The position numbers were made by a program, and so were the translations under genes. The notes below the pieces were generated by a model. That model did no database searches. It had not been told where the DNA came from and worked only from the letters and a program-made list of their open reading frames with translations. Shown one piece after another: positions 19,097-28,794 of a stretch of DNA of 64,000 bases (its first letter is position 1; the number at the start of each line of letters is the position of its first letter). The DNA is from Cenarchaeum sp. (lineage in GTDB: Archaea; Thermoproteota; Nitrososphaeria; Nitrososphaerales; Nitrosopumilaceae): the NCBI GenBank assembly GCA_965212015.1, contig OZ243037.1, positions 1,280,001-1,344,000 on the forward strand. The letters run 5' to 3'.

Positions 19097-20151
19097 GATA
19101 TTACCCGGAGCCTGTTTTTCGTGTGGTTTGGCGACAGGCCGCCCGTGATTGGAATGCCGTTGCCGCAAAACATGCATCGGTTTTTACCGTCAAGATTCCA
19201 CTCTTCTATGTCAAAGCCCATCCGCCTTACTGCGATGTTTTTGCATTCCGGACAGTACGTGTGCTCTAGCGGGTGGCCCGGAACGTTTCCCAGGTATGCG
19301 TATTTCAGGCCGGCCTTTTTGGCGATTTCGTGGTGCCTTTCAAGCGTTTTTAGCGGGGTCGGCCCGAACTCCATCATCTTGTAGTCCGGATGGAATCTCA
19401 GAAAATGAATCGGCATCTCCGGCCCGAACTCGTCGTACACAAACCTGCACAGCTTTTCTGCATACTCTAGGCTGTCGCCCACCCCGGGAACGACAAGGTC
19501 GGTTATCTCCACGTGTATGTCCGTCTTGTCCCTGATCTCAATTAGCGTCTCGAAGATCGGCCGGGGATCGGGCACGCCGATGTATTTTCTCGTAAAACCC
19601 GGCTCTGCACTGCCCTTAAAGTCCACCGTGATGCAATCCAGAAACTCGCCCATCATTTTTACGGACTCGGGCGTATCATATCCGTTTGAGACAAAAACAT
19701 TGTACAGGCCGTTTTTGCGGGCCTCCACCCCGCAGTCCCTTGCAAACTCGATAAAGATCGACGGCTCGTTGTAGGTATAGGCGATTCCGTCGGCCCTGTT
19801 TTTCAGCGCGGTCCGGACCACCTGCTGTGCAGTCATGTCCTCGCCTTCCACCCTTCTTCTCTGGCTGATGTCGTGGTTTTGACAGTACCTGCAAAGCCAG
19901 TTGCAGCCGGTGGTGGCAATCGAAAAGACCCTGGAGCCGGGCCTATAGTGCGTGACTGGCTTTTTCTCCACGGGATCCACGTTGCCTGCGATTACCTTGC
20001 CATAAACGTACAGATCCAGCCTTCCGTCCTCGTTTCCGCGCACCCCGCACAGTCCGGCCTGATTCCTGCCAATCTCGCAGTATCTTGCGCATGCCGTGCA
20101 GCGCACCTTGCCGTCTGGCAGCTTTTCGTACAAAACCGCCTCCCTTCCCAT
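19093..20151 (-). CDS. amrS: AmmeMemoRadiSam system radical SAM enzyme
   Basis: CTACARYC, DPVEKKP, CNWLCRYCQN, YTYNEP, RFHPDY, YLGNVPG. Confidence 0.9.
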   Translation of the reverse strand: MGREAVLYEKLPDGKVRCTACARYCEIGRNQAGLCGVRGNEDGRLDLYVYGKVIAGNVDPVEKKPVTHYRPGSRVFSIATTGCNWLCRYCQNHDISQRRRVEGEDMTAQQVVRTALKNRADGIAYTYNEPSIFIEFARDCGVEARKNGLYNVFVSNGYDTPESVKMMGEFLDCITVDFKGSAEPGFTRKYIGVPDPRPIFETLIEIRDKTDIHVEITDLVVPGVGDSLEYAEKLCRFVYDEFGPEMPIHFLRFHPDYKMMEFGPTPLKTLERHHEIAKKAGLKYAYLGNVPGHPLEHTYCPECKNIAVRRMGFDIEEWNLDGKNRCMFCGNGIPITGGLSPNHTKNRLRVIS

Positions 20152-20238
20152 AACCCGTACGGGACGCCTTTTACATATAAGCGGGGATGTTCTTGCGCCT
20201 TGCAATACTAAAAATACGAGGCGGCGCCACCTGCATGT

Positions 20239-20730
20239 ATGAGCAAGCCCGGAAACGCGTGGAGAAAGATACACGGCAAAATCACCAAACACCCGACGAA
20301 TTTTTCATGGCTGATCAAAGGCGAGCTTGCGGGCTCTGGAATGCCTACCACGTCTGACGAGCTAGACTGGGCGGTATCACAGGGGATAAAATCAATAGTT
20401 ACAATGACTGAGGAGGCGCTGCCAGGCAGGTGGGTGGGGGATCTGGGATACCTGCACGTGCCCACGCCGGATCTCACCGCGCCGGACATGGACAGGATTG
20501 ATCACGCAGTCGACTATATCGCCGGCCAGATTGCAAAAAACAGACCCGTGATGGTCCACTGTGCCGCAGGAAGAGGCAGGGCCGGCACGATTCTTGCGTG
20601 TTATCTTGTAAAATACAAAAAGCATTCCGCCGCCGAGGCGATTCAAAAGATCCGAAAAAACAGACCCGGCTCGATACAGTCCGACGTGCAAGAGATGGCG
20701 ATAGGATTTTATGAAAAGCACATTTCCTAA
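20239..20730 (+). CDS. Dual-specificity protein phosphatase
   Basis: HCAAGRGRAG (CX5R). Confidence 0.92.
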   Translation: MSKPGNAWRKIHGKITKHPTNFSWLIKGELAGSGMPTTSDELDWAVSQGIKSIVTMTEEALPGRWVGDLGYLHVPTPDLTAPDMDRIDHAVDYIAGQIAKNRPVMVHCAAGRGRAGTILACYLVKYKKHSAAEAIQKIRKNRPGSIQSDVQEMAIGFYEKHIS

Positions 20731-20735
20731 AGCGG

Positions 20736-20879
20736 CTATTGCACAGTCGTTGCCAGCTTTCCGTCGACTATGCTGATTTTGAGCGTCTTGTCCTTGAAGA
20801 CCAGCGTCAGGCCCCCCTCCGGGTCCGGATCCTCGACTTTGAGCAGATCCTGCATCCTGATTCCGTCAAACTTGTCCAT
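20736..20879 (-). CDS. Small hypothetical protein (47 aa), paralog of upstream ORF
   Basis: Manual translation MDKFDGIRMQDLLKVEDPDPEGGLTLVFKDKTLKISIVDGKLATTVQ; below ORF-track cutoff. Confidence 0.75.
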   Translation of the reverse strand: MDKFDGIRMQDLLKVEDPDPEGGLTLVFKDKTLKISIVDGKLATTVQ

Positions 20880-20887
20880 TCACACAT

Positions 20888-21040
20888 CTACTCCGGAATG
20901 GAAACCGTCTCGATCTTTCCCTCGACTGCCTTGATGAACAGAAATCTGTTGTCCTTAAAGATCACGGTAATGCCCCCCTCCTTGTCCGGCTCTTCGATTT
21001 CAAGTATCGGCTGTCCCAAAAGTCCGTCGTATTTTGCCAT
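20888..21040 (-). CDS. Small hypothetical protein (50 aa)
   Basis: Manual translation MAKYDGLLGQPILEIEEPDKEGGITVIFKDNRFLFIKAVEGKIETVSIPE; end-to-end similarity with its neighbour. Confidence 0.78.
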   Translation of the reverse strand: MAKYDGLLGQPILEIEEPDKEGGITVIFKDNRFLFIKAVEGKIETVSIPE

Positions 21041-21070
21041 GCAATTCCATCCAATACCTGCCTTATATCC

Positions 21071-21619
21071 CTAATTGATTGTAATCTCAATCTCTTCTGC
21101 GCGGCCCTTGGCGCCCCCGGAATCCGTATAGCCGTGTTTCTGCCACGACGCGTGCGCCTCTGCCGTAATCCTGTGCGTGCCGGCTCCCAGCTCGGATGCC
21201 TTGAAGGTGATCCTTTCGTCGAAATCAAACAGCTCCTGCCTCGTCTCCTCCTCGGTGAGCCTTATTACGGGCTTGAAGTTTTTTGCGACCTGCACCCACA
21301 CCCTCTTGTCCTTCATGGGGTTGACAAGCTTGGGGTTTCTAGTCCAAAAGATGGCCGCCTTTCTGTACGAGTCGATCTCTTGTCCCAGGGCGTGTTTTTT
21401 AAAGCCGGCAGAATAGAGCTTTATCCCGTATTTCATCTTGAAAGAGTTGTCGTACTTGGCATAGGCCTCGGTCCAGTTTTTCTCGTTAAAGGCGTCCCTG
21501 AGCTGCCCCGTGACTGAAAACCCCACATTTATGAAAACGTCCTCATCTGCCGCAAACCCGTCCTTGTTTTTGGCCAGTTTTATGTCCGAAATGAAATTTT
21601 CCGCCAATTCCACTGACAT
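21071..21619 (-). CDS. Hypothetical protein (Ig-like beta-rich)
   Basis: Clean 182-aa ORF filling the gap, typical codon usage. Confidence 0.75.
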   Translation of the reverse strand: MSVELAENFISDIKLAKNKDGFAADEDVFINVGFSVTGQLRDAFNEKNWTEAYAKYDNSFKMKYGIKLYSAGFKKHALGQEIDSYRKAAIFWTRNPKLVNPMKDKRVWVQVAKNFKPVIRLTEEETRQELFDFDERITFKASELGAGTHRITAEAHASWQKHGYTDSGGAKGRAEEIEITIN

Positions 21620-21654
21620 GATTTATATCCGCAATAAGTTCTTTTTCCGAATAC

Positions 21655-21933
21655 ATGCAAGCCGAGGTAGTCAGTATGTCGCAAAAGAAGGTGAACCTAT
21701 CCATCAAGGAATCAGACGTCGGAACGCTGTACATTGTCCAGCACGAGCTATTCAAGAGCTCGGGAATAGACTTTGCAGGCGTAATCGTAAAGCACCCGCT
21801 TACCAACGAAATCTGGATGAAGGTCAGCTCCAGCACCGATCCGATAAAGCAAATCTTAAAGGCGACGGATACTGCGATAAGCTCCGTCCGGGATTTGGAA
21901 AAACTCTTCAGCTCTAAAATCAAGGTAAAATAG
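21655..21933 (+). CDS. rpoL: RNA polymerase subunit Rpo11 (RpoL)
   Basis: FAGVIVKHPL motif; rpoL-tfs-pcn synteny. Confidence 0.85.
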   Translation: MQAEVVSMSQKKVNLSIKESDVGTLYIVQHELFKSSGIDFAGVIVKHPLTNEIWMKVSSSTDPIKQILKATDTAISSVRDLEKLFSSKIKVK

Positions 21934-22242
21934 ATGAAATTTTGCCCAAAATGCGAGCTTCGCCTGAGAAAAACCGGCTCCGGACTGGCATGCCCAAAAT
22001 GCGACTATACCGAGGGCGGCACCGTTCCAAAGACTATCACAAAACAGCAGGAGGTATCTGAGATTAACGTACTGGAGGGATCCGAGGGAAAGGAAGCGCT
22101 TCCCACGATAAAGATCGACTGCGAAAAGTGCGACAGCGACCAGGCGGTGTGGTGGATGCTTCAGACGAGGAGCGCCGACGAGCCGACCACCCAGTTCTAC
22201 CGGTGTACAAAATGCGGCCATACGTGGCGCAACTACGCGTAA
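21934..22242 (+). CDS. tfs: Transcription factor S
   Basis: MKFCPKC...QTRSADEP..FYRCTKC. Confidence 0.95.
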   Translation: MKFCPKCELRLRKTGSGLACPKCDYTEGGTVPKTITKQQEVSEINVLEGSEGKEALPTIKIDCEKCDSDQAVWWMLQTRSADEPTTQFYRCTKCGHTWRNYA

Positions 22243-22276
22243 GCTTTAAAAAATAAACACTATGAGGTGTATCTGA

Positions 22277-23020
22277 ATGTTCTCGGCAAAGACCAGCGGA
22301 TCTGACGACCTAAAGGCGATAATCTCTGCCATCTCCACCCTGGTGGAGGAGGCCACGTTTGTAGCCACCGCGGAGGGAATCACCTTCCGGGGAATGGATC
22401 CCTCCCATGTGGCACTCATTGACATTTCCTGGCCCAATTCGGCGTTTGAAAAATTCGAGTGCGACAGCGACATAAAGTTCGGGGTCCGCATAGACGAGTT
22501 CTCCAAGCTAATCAAGCGGGCAGACAAAAAGGACGGCATTGCAATCAGCATCTCCGAGGACAACATGCTGCTCGTCTCGATCGGCAAAAACAAGAAATAC
22601 AAAATGAGGCTCATAGAAAGCTCTGCTACGGACACGCCCCTTCCAAAGGTTCCGTACGACGCAAAAATCGAGCTGACGACGCCGGCGTTTGACAAGGTGC
22701 TTGGCGACGTGCAGGTGGTATCTGACTATCTGACAATCGGGGCCAAGGAATCAAAGGTTGAATTCTCCGGCAAGGGCGACTCCGGCGAGGTCTTTATAGA
22801 CGTAGAAAAGGACGGCAAGGAGCTGCAAAGCCTGGATGTAAAGACGGACAGCGAGGGAACCTACAGCCTGGAATATCTCAACCCGGTGGTAAAGGCGGTG
22901 GGAACCACGGCGGGAACGATCACCTGCGAGTTCTCTAGCGCAAAGCCGCTTAGAATAGAGTTCAAGGTGGCAAATATCGGAAGAATCCACTTTTATCTTG
23001 CGCCCAGAGTCGAAAGTTAA
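22277..23020 (+). CDS. pcn: PCNA sliding clamp
   Basis: MDPSHVAL, YSLEYL, FYLAPR. Confidence 0.97.
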   Translation: MFSAKTSGSDDLKAIISAISTLVEEATFVATAEGITFRGMDPSHVALIDISWPNSAFEKFECDSDIKFGVRIDEFSKLIKRADKKDGIAISISEDNMLLVSIGKNKKYKMRLIESSATDTPLPKVPYDAKIELTTPAFDKVLGDVQVVSDYLTIGAKESKVEFSGKGDSGEVFIDVEKDGKELQSLDVKTDSEGTYSLEYLNPVVKAVGTTAGTITCEFSSAKPLRIEFKVANIGRIHFYLAPRVES

Positions 23021-23056
23021 AGCATTTAAGGATTGGATTCGGCAGGTATTGTTGAA

Positions 23057-24478
23057 TTGAGGCTGGTGGTAAAGTACGGGGGGACGTCAATCTCCTCGCC
23101 CAAAAAAATAAGGGACGTTGCAAAGTTTGTAGTCTCACACGGAAGGAAAAACGAGCTCGTCACGGTGTGCTCTGCCACAAGCGGCACGACGGACAATCTG
23201 GTTAAAGTCTCGGATTATATAAAAAAAGGCGACAAAAAGCGGGCGCAGGAGATCACCGCCAGGATAATACGCGACAACAAAAAGCTCGCAAGGGAAACGG
23301 TATCCCGGGCCCCCAACAGGAAAAAGCTGCTTGAAAACCTGGAACGGGACTTTTCAGAGCTCGCCGAGCTAGTCGACGGAATGGCGCTGCTAGGGGAGGT
23401 AACGCCCCGCTCGATGGACTATCTGCTCTCCTTTGGCGAAAGAATATCCATCAAAATCGTGGCGCACGCGATTGCAGATCTTGGAAAGAGGATATTTGCA
23501 ATGGCCGGCAACGAGGCGGGGATTATGACTGACTCGAACTTTGGCGAGTCAAGGCCGCTGATGGACACCACGCGGTTGCGGGTCTCAAAAAACATATCGA
23601 GCTTGCTCTCAAAGAAGCACTATCCGGTAATCGGGGGATTTACAGGCGCCGATCAGCACGGGCGGATTACCACTTTTGGCAGGGGGGGTTCGGACTATAC
23701 TGCGGCCATCATCGGCTCGTGCATCAAGGCAGACGAGATCTGGCTGATGAGCGACGTCGACGGGTTGATGACTGCGGATCCCAAGATCGTAAGGGAATCC
23801 AGGGTTCTTGGCAGCGTGTCGTACGTGGAGGCAATAGAGATGGCGATGTTTGGCGCCAAGCAGATCCATCCGCGAACCTTCGAGCCGCTGCTGGGCAAAA
23901 AAATCCCCATGAGAATCAAAAACTCGTCTGACACGAAAAGCGAAGGAACGCTGATCACCGCCTCTACCGGGTCGGCTGCAAAAAACACCGTAAAATGCGT
24001 CAGCATGCTGCGAAACAACAGCCTGATTGACGTCAGGGGGGGCAGCATGGTCGGCGCACCTGGCACGGCCGCAAAGATATTCTCGACTCTGGCCAATGTC
24101 GGAGTCAACGTGATGATGATCTCGCAAAACCCGTCAGAGTCCAGCATCAGCATAGTCGTCAAAAAATCCGACATGAACAGGGCGGTAAACGCCATAGAGA
24201 TAGAGCTGCTCGGAAAGATCATCAAAAAGCTAGAGATTACCGCCAATGTCGCAATCGTGGCCCTGATCGGCTCGGGAATGCGCGGCACCGTCGGGGTGGC
24301 CTCCAAGGTATTCGGTTCAATCGCAAAAAAGAACATCAATGTAATGATGATTACCCAGGGCTCCTCTGAGCTGAACCTGGCCTTCGTGGTGGGGGACTCT
24401 GACGGCCAATCCACGGTAAGGGCGCTGCACGCAGAGTTCGGGCTTGGCTCCATAAACCCCGGCGAGGGGGGCAGCTAG
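23057..24478 (+). CDS. lysC: Aspartate kinase
   Basis: KYGGTS, GRGGSDYTA, DVDGLMTADP, two ACT domains. Confidence 0.95.
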   Translation: MRLVVKYGGTSISSPKKIRDVAKFVVSHGRKNELVTVCSATSGTTDNLVKVSDYIKKGDKKRAQEITARIIRDNKKLARETVSRAPNRKKLLENLERDFSELAELVDGMALLGEVTPRSMDYLLSFGERISIKIVAHAIADLGKRIFAMAGNEAGIMTDSNFGESRPLMDTTRLRVSKNISSLLSKKHYPVIGGFTGADQHGRITTFGRGGSDYTAAIIGSCIKADEIWLMSDVDGLMTADPKIVRESRVLGSVSYVEAIEMAMFGAKQIHPRTFEPLLGKKIPMRIKNSSDTKSEGTLITASTGSAAKNTVKCVSMLRNNSLIDVRGGSMVGAPGTAAKIFSTLANVGVNVMMISQNPSESSISIVVKKSDMNRAVNAIEIELLGKIIKKLEITANVAIVALIGSGMRGTVGVASKVFGSIAKKNINVMMITQGSSELNLAFVVGDSDGQSTVRALHAEFGLGSINPGEGGS

Positions 24479-25957
24479 ATGAACGCAAGGGCGGTCCTCA
24501 TCGTGGCTGCAATATCCGCAGCATTCGTCGGAATGGCCGCCATTCCAGTCCTCTCAGATCAGTTCGCCGACGCCGGATCCACCAGAAAAGTCCACTTTAC
24601 CCAGACCATTGCCTCGTCGCAGGATCCCGGACAGGGATACGGGGACCAACAGCTAGTGGTGGTCCTCTCGCCGAATGCGGGAACCATCTATGACGGATCC
24701 CTGACATATGCCGCAAGCGATGCGGTGCAAATCGTGGTGCTACACGAGATTGCCGCCCGGCAGTCGCAGGGACAGCCGACCTGGAGCGTCGACGGCGAGA
24801 CGCACTATGCAATGTCGCTAATCGAGCCTGGCACCGGCTCTGGCTCGTTTGAATTTACCGGCGCCGCCCTCGCACTGCGGGCCGGGGAGGGATTTACCGC
24901 CACAGTCAGCGTCGACGGGTGGATAAGGGGGCAGCCGACCGAGGTTATACTGCAGACCCTCGAGATCAACGAGGACGCAGCCCCGCTAAAGCTGTTCAGG
25001 TCCAGCGTTCCTGCGACCATCCCGCTGAACACGGGGCTCTATAACGGCGAGGAGCTTGCATACATTGTCACCGATGCCAGCACGCAGGAGCATGCCGAGC
25101 TGATAACTGAAAAGCTGGGGCGCACCGTGGGGCTATCTGAGCTTCTCTCCAACGTGACGGGATCGCCTGCAAGCGTCTACATGTTCACAGACGGCATCGC
25201 CGACGACGGAATACGCGGATACCAGCACGAGGTCTTTTCGGACACGCCGGCACAGGACCGGTATACCGCCCTGAGATCCGTAATCGACGTGGAATGGAAG
25301 GCCGGACAAAACCCCGAAATCCTGGACTCTGAGGAAAAGATCCTCGAGGCAAAAAAGGCGGGAAGGATAACCCTCGAGGAGACAGACGTAATACTCAACA
25401 TGCCGCAGATAAAGTGGCCAGAAGGCCAAATGTCCGTCAGGGACAACTCTACTGCGATTGACGAGACGCCGTATGAAACGGCGCAGATAATGGAGATAAA
25501 CGAAGAAGAGATGACCGTCACGTTCATTGCGCACAGGGGATGGGGATCAGACGGCGGCACCATATACCACATAATCGCCGACGCCACACCGGCAGGTCCC
25601 GCAGAAATGATGGGGGTGACAGACGCCCCGACACTGGCAGATATTGCCGGCGACTCGTCGGCTGACGTGTTTCATTTCGGCGACGGCATAGCCGGCCCCG
25701 GCCCGCTTGGATTCCAGCCGGTGATTGTGTCTGTAGGTTCCGAAGGCGAGAACTATAGCCCCATATGGAGGGTATCTGTCGTCGAATGGAACGATCCCGA
25801 GCAGGCATCGCTCCTGACAACCACGGCCGACATTGACGCCCTTGATTCTGAGGAGCTAATCACCATATCTGAGGCCCGCCCGCTCAACAACATACACCTG
25901 ATCAACTCGCCCATAGTCGATCCCTTTGAGATGCCAGCAGAGGAACTCAAAGAATAA
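24479..25957 (+). CDS. Secreted acidic protein with duplicated C-terminal domain
   Basis: Signal peptide; repeats YIVTDAS..YTALRSVIDVEW and YHIIADAT..YSPIWRVSVVEW. Confidence 0.75.
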   Translation: MNARAVLIVAAISAAFVGMAAIPVLSDQFADAGSTRKVHFTQTIASSQDPGQGYGDQQLVVVLSPNAGTIYDGSLTYAASDAVQIVVLHEIAARQSQGQPTWSVDGETHYAMSLIEPGTGSGSFEFTGAALALRAGEGFTATVSVDGWIRGQPTEVILQTLEINEDAAPLKLFRSSVPATIPLNTGLYNGEELAYIVTDASTQEHAELITEKLGRTVGLSELLSNVTGSPASVYMFTDGIADDGIRGYQHEVFSDTPAQDRYTALRSVIDVEWKAGQNPEILDSEEKILEAKKAGRITLEETDVILNMPQIKWPEGQMSVRDNSTAIDETPYETAQIMEINEEEMTVTFIAHRGWGSDGGTIYHIIADATPAGPAEMMGVTDAPTLADIAGDSSADVFHFGDGIAGPGPLGFQPVIVSVGSEGENYSPIWRVSVVEWNDPEQASLLTTTADIDALDSEELITISEARPLNNIHLINSPIVDPFEMPAEELKE

Positions 25958-25984
25958 AATAACTGTGCCGCTGCCACCTGTCTG

Positions 25985-26779
25985 TTGGAAGGCAAGCTCT
26001 TCATCGTGGGCGTCGGCCCCGGACACCACGATCACATGACATTTCGCGCCAAACAGGCAATTACCCAGAGCGATACCATAGTGGGCTATGAGACATACGT
26101 CAACCTGGTCCAGGATCTGATATCCGGAAAGGACGTCTACAGGTATGCCATGACCCAGGAAGTCGAGCGTGCGCACCAGTGTATAGACCTGGCAAAATCC
26201 GGCAAGACAGTCTCCCTGGTCTCAAGCGGGGATCCTGGAATATACGGCATGGCCGGCCTGATCTACGAGACGCTAGCAGAGCAGGGCTGGGAGCCGCAGT
26301 CGGGCCTGCCAGTGGAGATAATTCCCGGCGTCTCTGCGCTAAACTCTTGCGCGTCAATCATCGGATCCCCGCTGATGACTGACTTTGCCGTGGTAAGCAT
26401 GAGCGATCTCTTGGTTCCCTGGGAGATCATAGTCAAGAGGGTGGAGGCTGCGGCGCGCGGGGATTTCGTAATAGTGATATACAATCCCTCCAGCAAAAAG
26501 CGGATTCACCAGCTGCAAGACACCAGGGGGATTCTGCTCAAGTACAGGGGTCCTGCGACGCCGGTTGCCATCATCAAGGGCGCCTTTAGGGACTCGCAGT
26601 CAGTCATACTCACAGATCTGGGGCACATGGAGGAGCACGCAGACAAGCTTGGAATGATCAGCACCGTCATTGTCGGAAACTCTTCTACGTACAACTATAA
26701 GGATCTCATGATCAACCCGCGCGGCTACAAGTCAAAATACAACCTTTCTGGGCAGACAAACCCGGATCTCAAGGTCTAG
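25985..26779 (+). CDS. cbiH: Precorrin-3B C17-methyltransferase
   Basis: VGVGPG, SSGDPGIYGMAG, GSPLMTDF, YNP, PRGY. Confidence 0.92.
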   Translation: MEGKLFIVGVGPGHHDHMTFRAKQAITQSDTIVGYETYVNLVQDLISGKDVYRYAMTQEVERAHQCIDLAKSGKTVSLVSSGDPGIYGMAGLIYETLAEQGWEPQSGLPVEIIPGVSALNSCASIIGSPLMTDFAVVSMSDLLVPWEIIVKRVEAAARGDFVIVIYNPSSKKRIHQLQDTRGILLKYRGPATPVAIIKGAFRDSQSVILTDLGHMEEHADKLGMISTVIVGNSSTYNYKDLMINPRGYKSKYNLSGQTNPDLKV

Positions 26780-27813
26780 GTCTCCCCCGTTATTATCCCT
26801 GTTACCTCCTCGCTTATGGCGACCCTGTCTGCTATGCCGGTAACGATGGGAATCAGGTATTCTGCCACGGTTCTTTTCAGGTCAGAGGGGTGCAGCTGGC
26901 CGCTCTTAAATGACTCCTTTAGCTCCTCATAGCTCCCAAAACTCACGTTTCCGCCGAATTTTTCTGGCCTCTCCACTGTCATCTCGCTGTTTTCGTGAAA
27001 TATGATCTGCCTTGAAATCTCTAGCGGCGGGTTGTTTGAAACGTCGCCCTCCTCGCACCACGCCTTGTTGATCTTTGAGCGTATCTTTTCGGCCGAGTCG
27101 TGTATGAACACGCCGGAGTTCGGATTGGACTTGCTCATCTTTGATATGGTGCCGCCCTGCGGCGCGTGCGTCAGGCCGGGCAGCAGCTTGTGGTGTACCG
27201 CCACCGGCACCTTCCAGCCCATCTTTGGAAAGTTCTCGCGCACCAGCATGTGGATTTTTCTCTGATCCATCCCCGCGTGCGCAATGTCGACGTCGAGAAA
27301 GTGAATGTCTGCTGCCTGCATTGCAGGATACAGCAGCTTTCCGAGATCGATTTTTTCCTCGCCCTCGGTCCTTCCCATTATGGTCAGCGTCCGCATGGTC
27401 CTTGCCAGCGACATGTGACTTGTAAACCTCACAAGCTCAGTCCAATAGTCCGGATGATCCTCATACAGTCCAGTGCCCGTCCTGATCGCAGCCTTGGGGC
27501 AGACTATGCGAAACGCGTCCTCGTAGTACTTGGAGACCTTTGTGATCTTTTCAATGTCCCCCCCGAGCTTGTCGTTAATCATCGTGTGCCAGTCGGCCAG
27601 AAACACCGTGCACTCGACGCCTGCCTTTATGAAATCGTTTATCTTGTATCCCGTGCTAATCAGGCTTCCCAGGTGGAGAAAGCCGGAGATCTCCAGTCCA
27701 ATGTAGTGCTTTGGCCTGGAATTAGTCCTGAACAGATCCGCAAGATCCCCCTCCGTGACTATCTCCTCTGTGGGCGGTTTTTTTACCAGTGCAACCTTTT
27801 CGTCGATATCCAA
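26776..27813 (-). CDS. tyrS: Tyrosine--tRNA ligase
   Basis: YIGLE, HLGS, YPAMQAAD, GMDQRKIH, KMSKS. Confidence 0.95.
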   Translation of the reverse strand: MDIDEKVALVKKPPTEEIVTEGDLADLFRTNSRPKHYIGLEISGFLHLGSLISTGYKINDFIKAGVECTVFLADWHTMINDKLGGDIEKITKVSKYYEDAFRIVCPKAAIRTGTGLYEDHPDYWTELVRFTSHMSLARTMRTLTIMGRTEGEEKIDLGKLLYPAMQAADIHFLDVDIAHAGMDQRKIHMLVRENFPKMGWKVPVAVHHKLLPGLTHAPQGGTISKMSKSNPNSGVFIHDSAEKIRSKINKAWCEEGDVSNNPPLEISRQIIFHENSEMTVERPEKFGGNVSFGSYEELKESFKSGQLHPSDLKRTVAEYLIPIVTGIADRVAISEEVTGIITGET

Positions 27814-27907
27814 ATCAAACCGGCTATGCTGCAAAACCCTATAAACTGTTAGTTTGAGCTATGCCAAAACAGCTACTTTGAAATACCATATTTGCATCCT
27901 GTCTGGC

Positions 27908-28141
27908 ATGACGGTTGCATACGTCCTGATAAAGTGTGATCTTGGCGCAGAAGAGAAGATCATCGAGAACCTAAGAAAGATGGACGAGGTCCTGTTTGTC
28001 GATGAAACCTACGGGGCATACGACATTATTGCCAAAGTCGAGGCATCGAACATTGAAAAGCTCCGCGAGATACTCACGTGGAACATACAAAAGATGGACA
28101 AAATCAGATCCACCCTGACTGTCAACAGGAAGGAGCACTAG
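27908..28141 (+). CDS. Stand-alone Lrp/AsnC ligand-binding domain protein
   Basis: AYVLIKC..YGAYDIIAKVE..IRSTLT. Confidence 0.85.
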   Translation: MTVAYVLIKCDLGAEEKIIENLRKMDEVLFVDETYGAYDIIAKVEASNIEKLREILTWNIQKMDKIRSTLTVNRKEH

Positions 28142-28698
28142 TCAAGTCTCTTTCTGGGCCTCGTACTGAGATAAAACGCGTGCGCGCTAATCAGAAACCC
28201 GGACAGGAATATCTTTGTCGCAAATATGAGGTTCCACGGCCGGCCCGTATCCGGGTATGCCACGTACAGCGTGTCTATGTCCGGAACCGCCCCGTCAATT
28301 ATCCCCGCGGCAATCTGCGCGTTGAGCACCGTAAAGTTCCATAGCACCTCGTACAGGCAGATGATTGCAAAACCCAGCAGCATCAGCTGAAGCAGCGGCA
28401 TCCGTATCCCGGAAATCTTGTCGCCGGCGGTCCTCCTCCACCCTATTCTGGACACGCAGTACCAGCTGATTATCGTCGAGAAAAACAGCCATGTTGAAAG
28501 CCTGGCAAAGTTTTCAAACGGAATGACGGTGGTGTTTAGAATCTCGCCCATCACATAGGTGCCGTTTTTTTGCCACTCCTCGTACATCATGAGTGCCCCA
28601 TAGGCCGCAATTGACACCATCATAAAGCTGGCGACGTAAAAGATATAGAGAAACATCCGGTAGCTCCTGTCGTGTTCCTGTAGGTGGTCGGATTCCAT
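28138..28698 (-). CDS. Membrane protein, ~4 TM
   Basis: Hydrophobic segments; YEVLWNF, PWNLIFATK; start trimmed to ATG 28698. Confidence 0.75.
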   Translation of the reverse strand: MESDHLQEHDRSYRMFLYIFYVASFMMVSIAAYGALMMYEEWQKNGTYVMGEILNTTVIPFENFARLSTWLFFSTIISWYCVSRIGWRRTAGDKISGIRMPLLQLMLLGFAIICLYEVLWNFTVLNAQIAAGIIDGAVPDIDTLYVAYPDTGRPWNLIFATKIFLSGFLISAHAFYLSTRPRKRLD

Positions 28699-28794
28699 TT
28701 GCGCTTTGGCATTATTCGGAATATAAAAATTCACTGCGTCTGACCATACGTCTTTTGCCAATACACCCAAATGCCGCCGCACCCGTGTCCGGAT

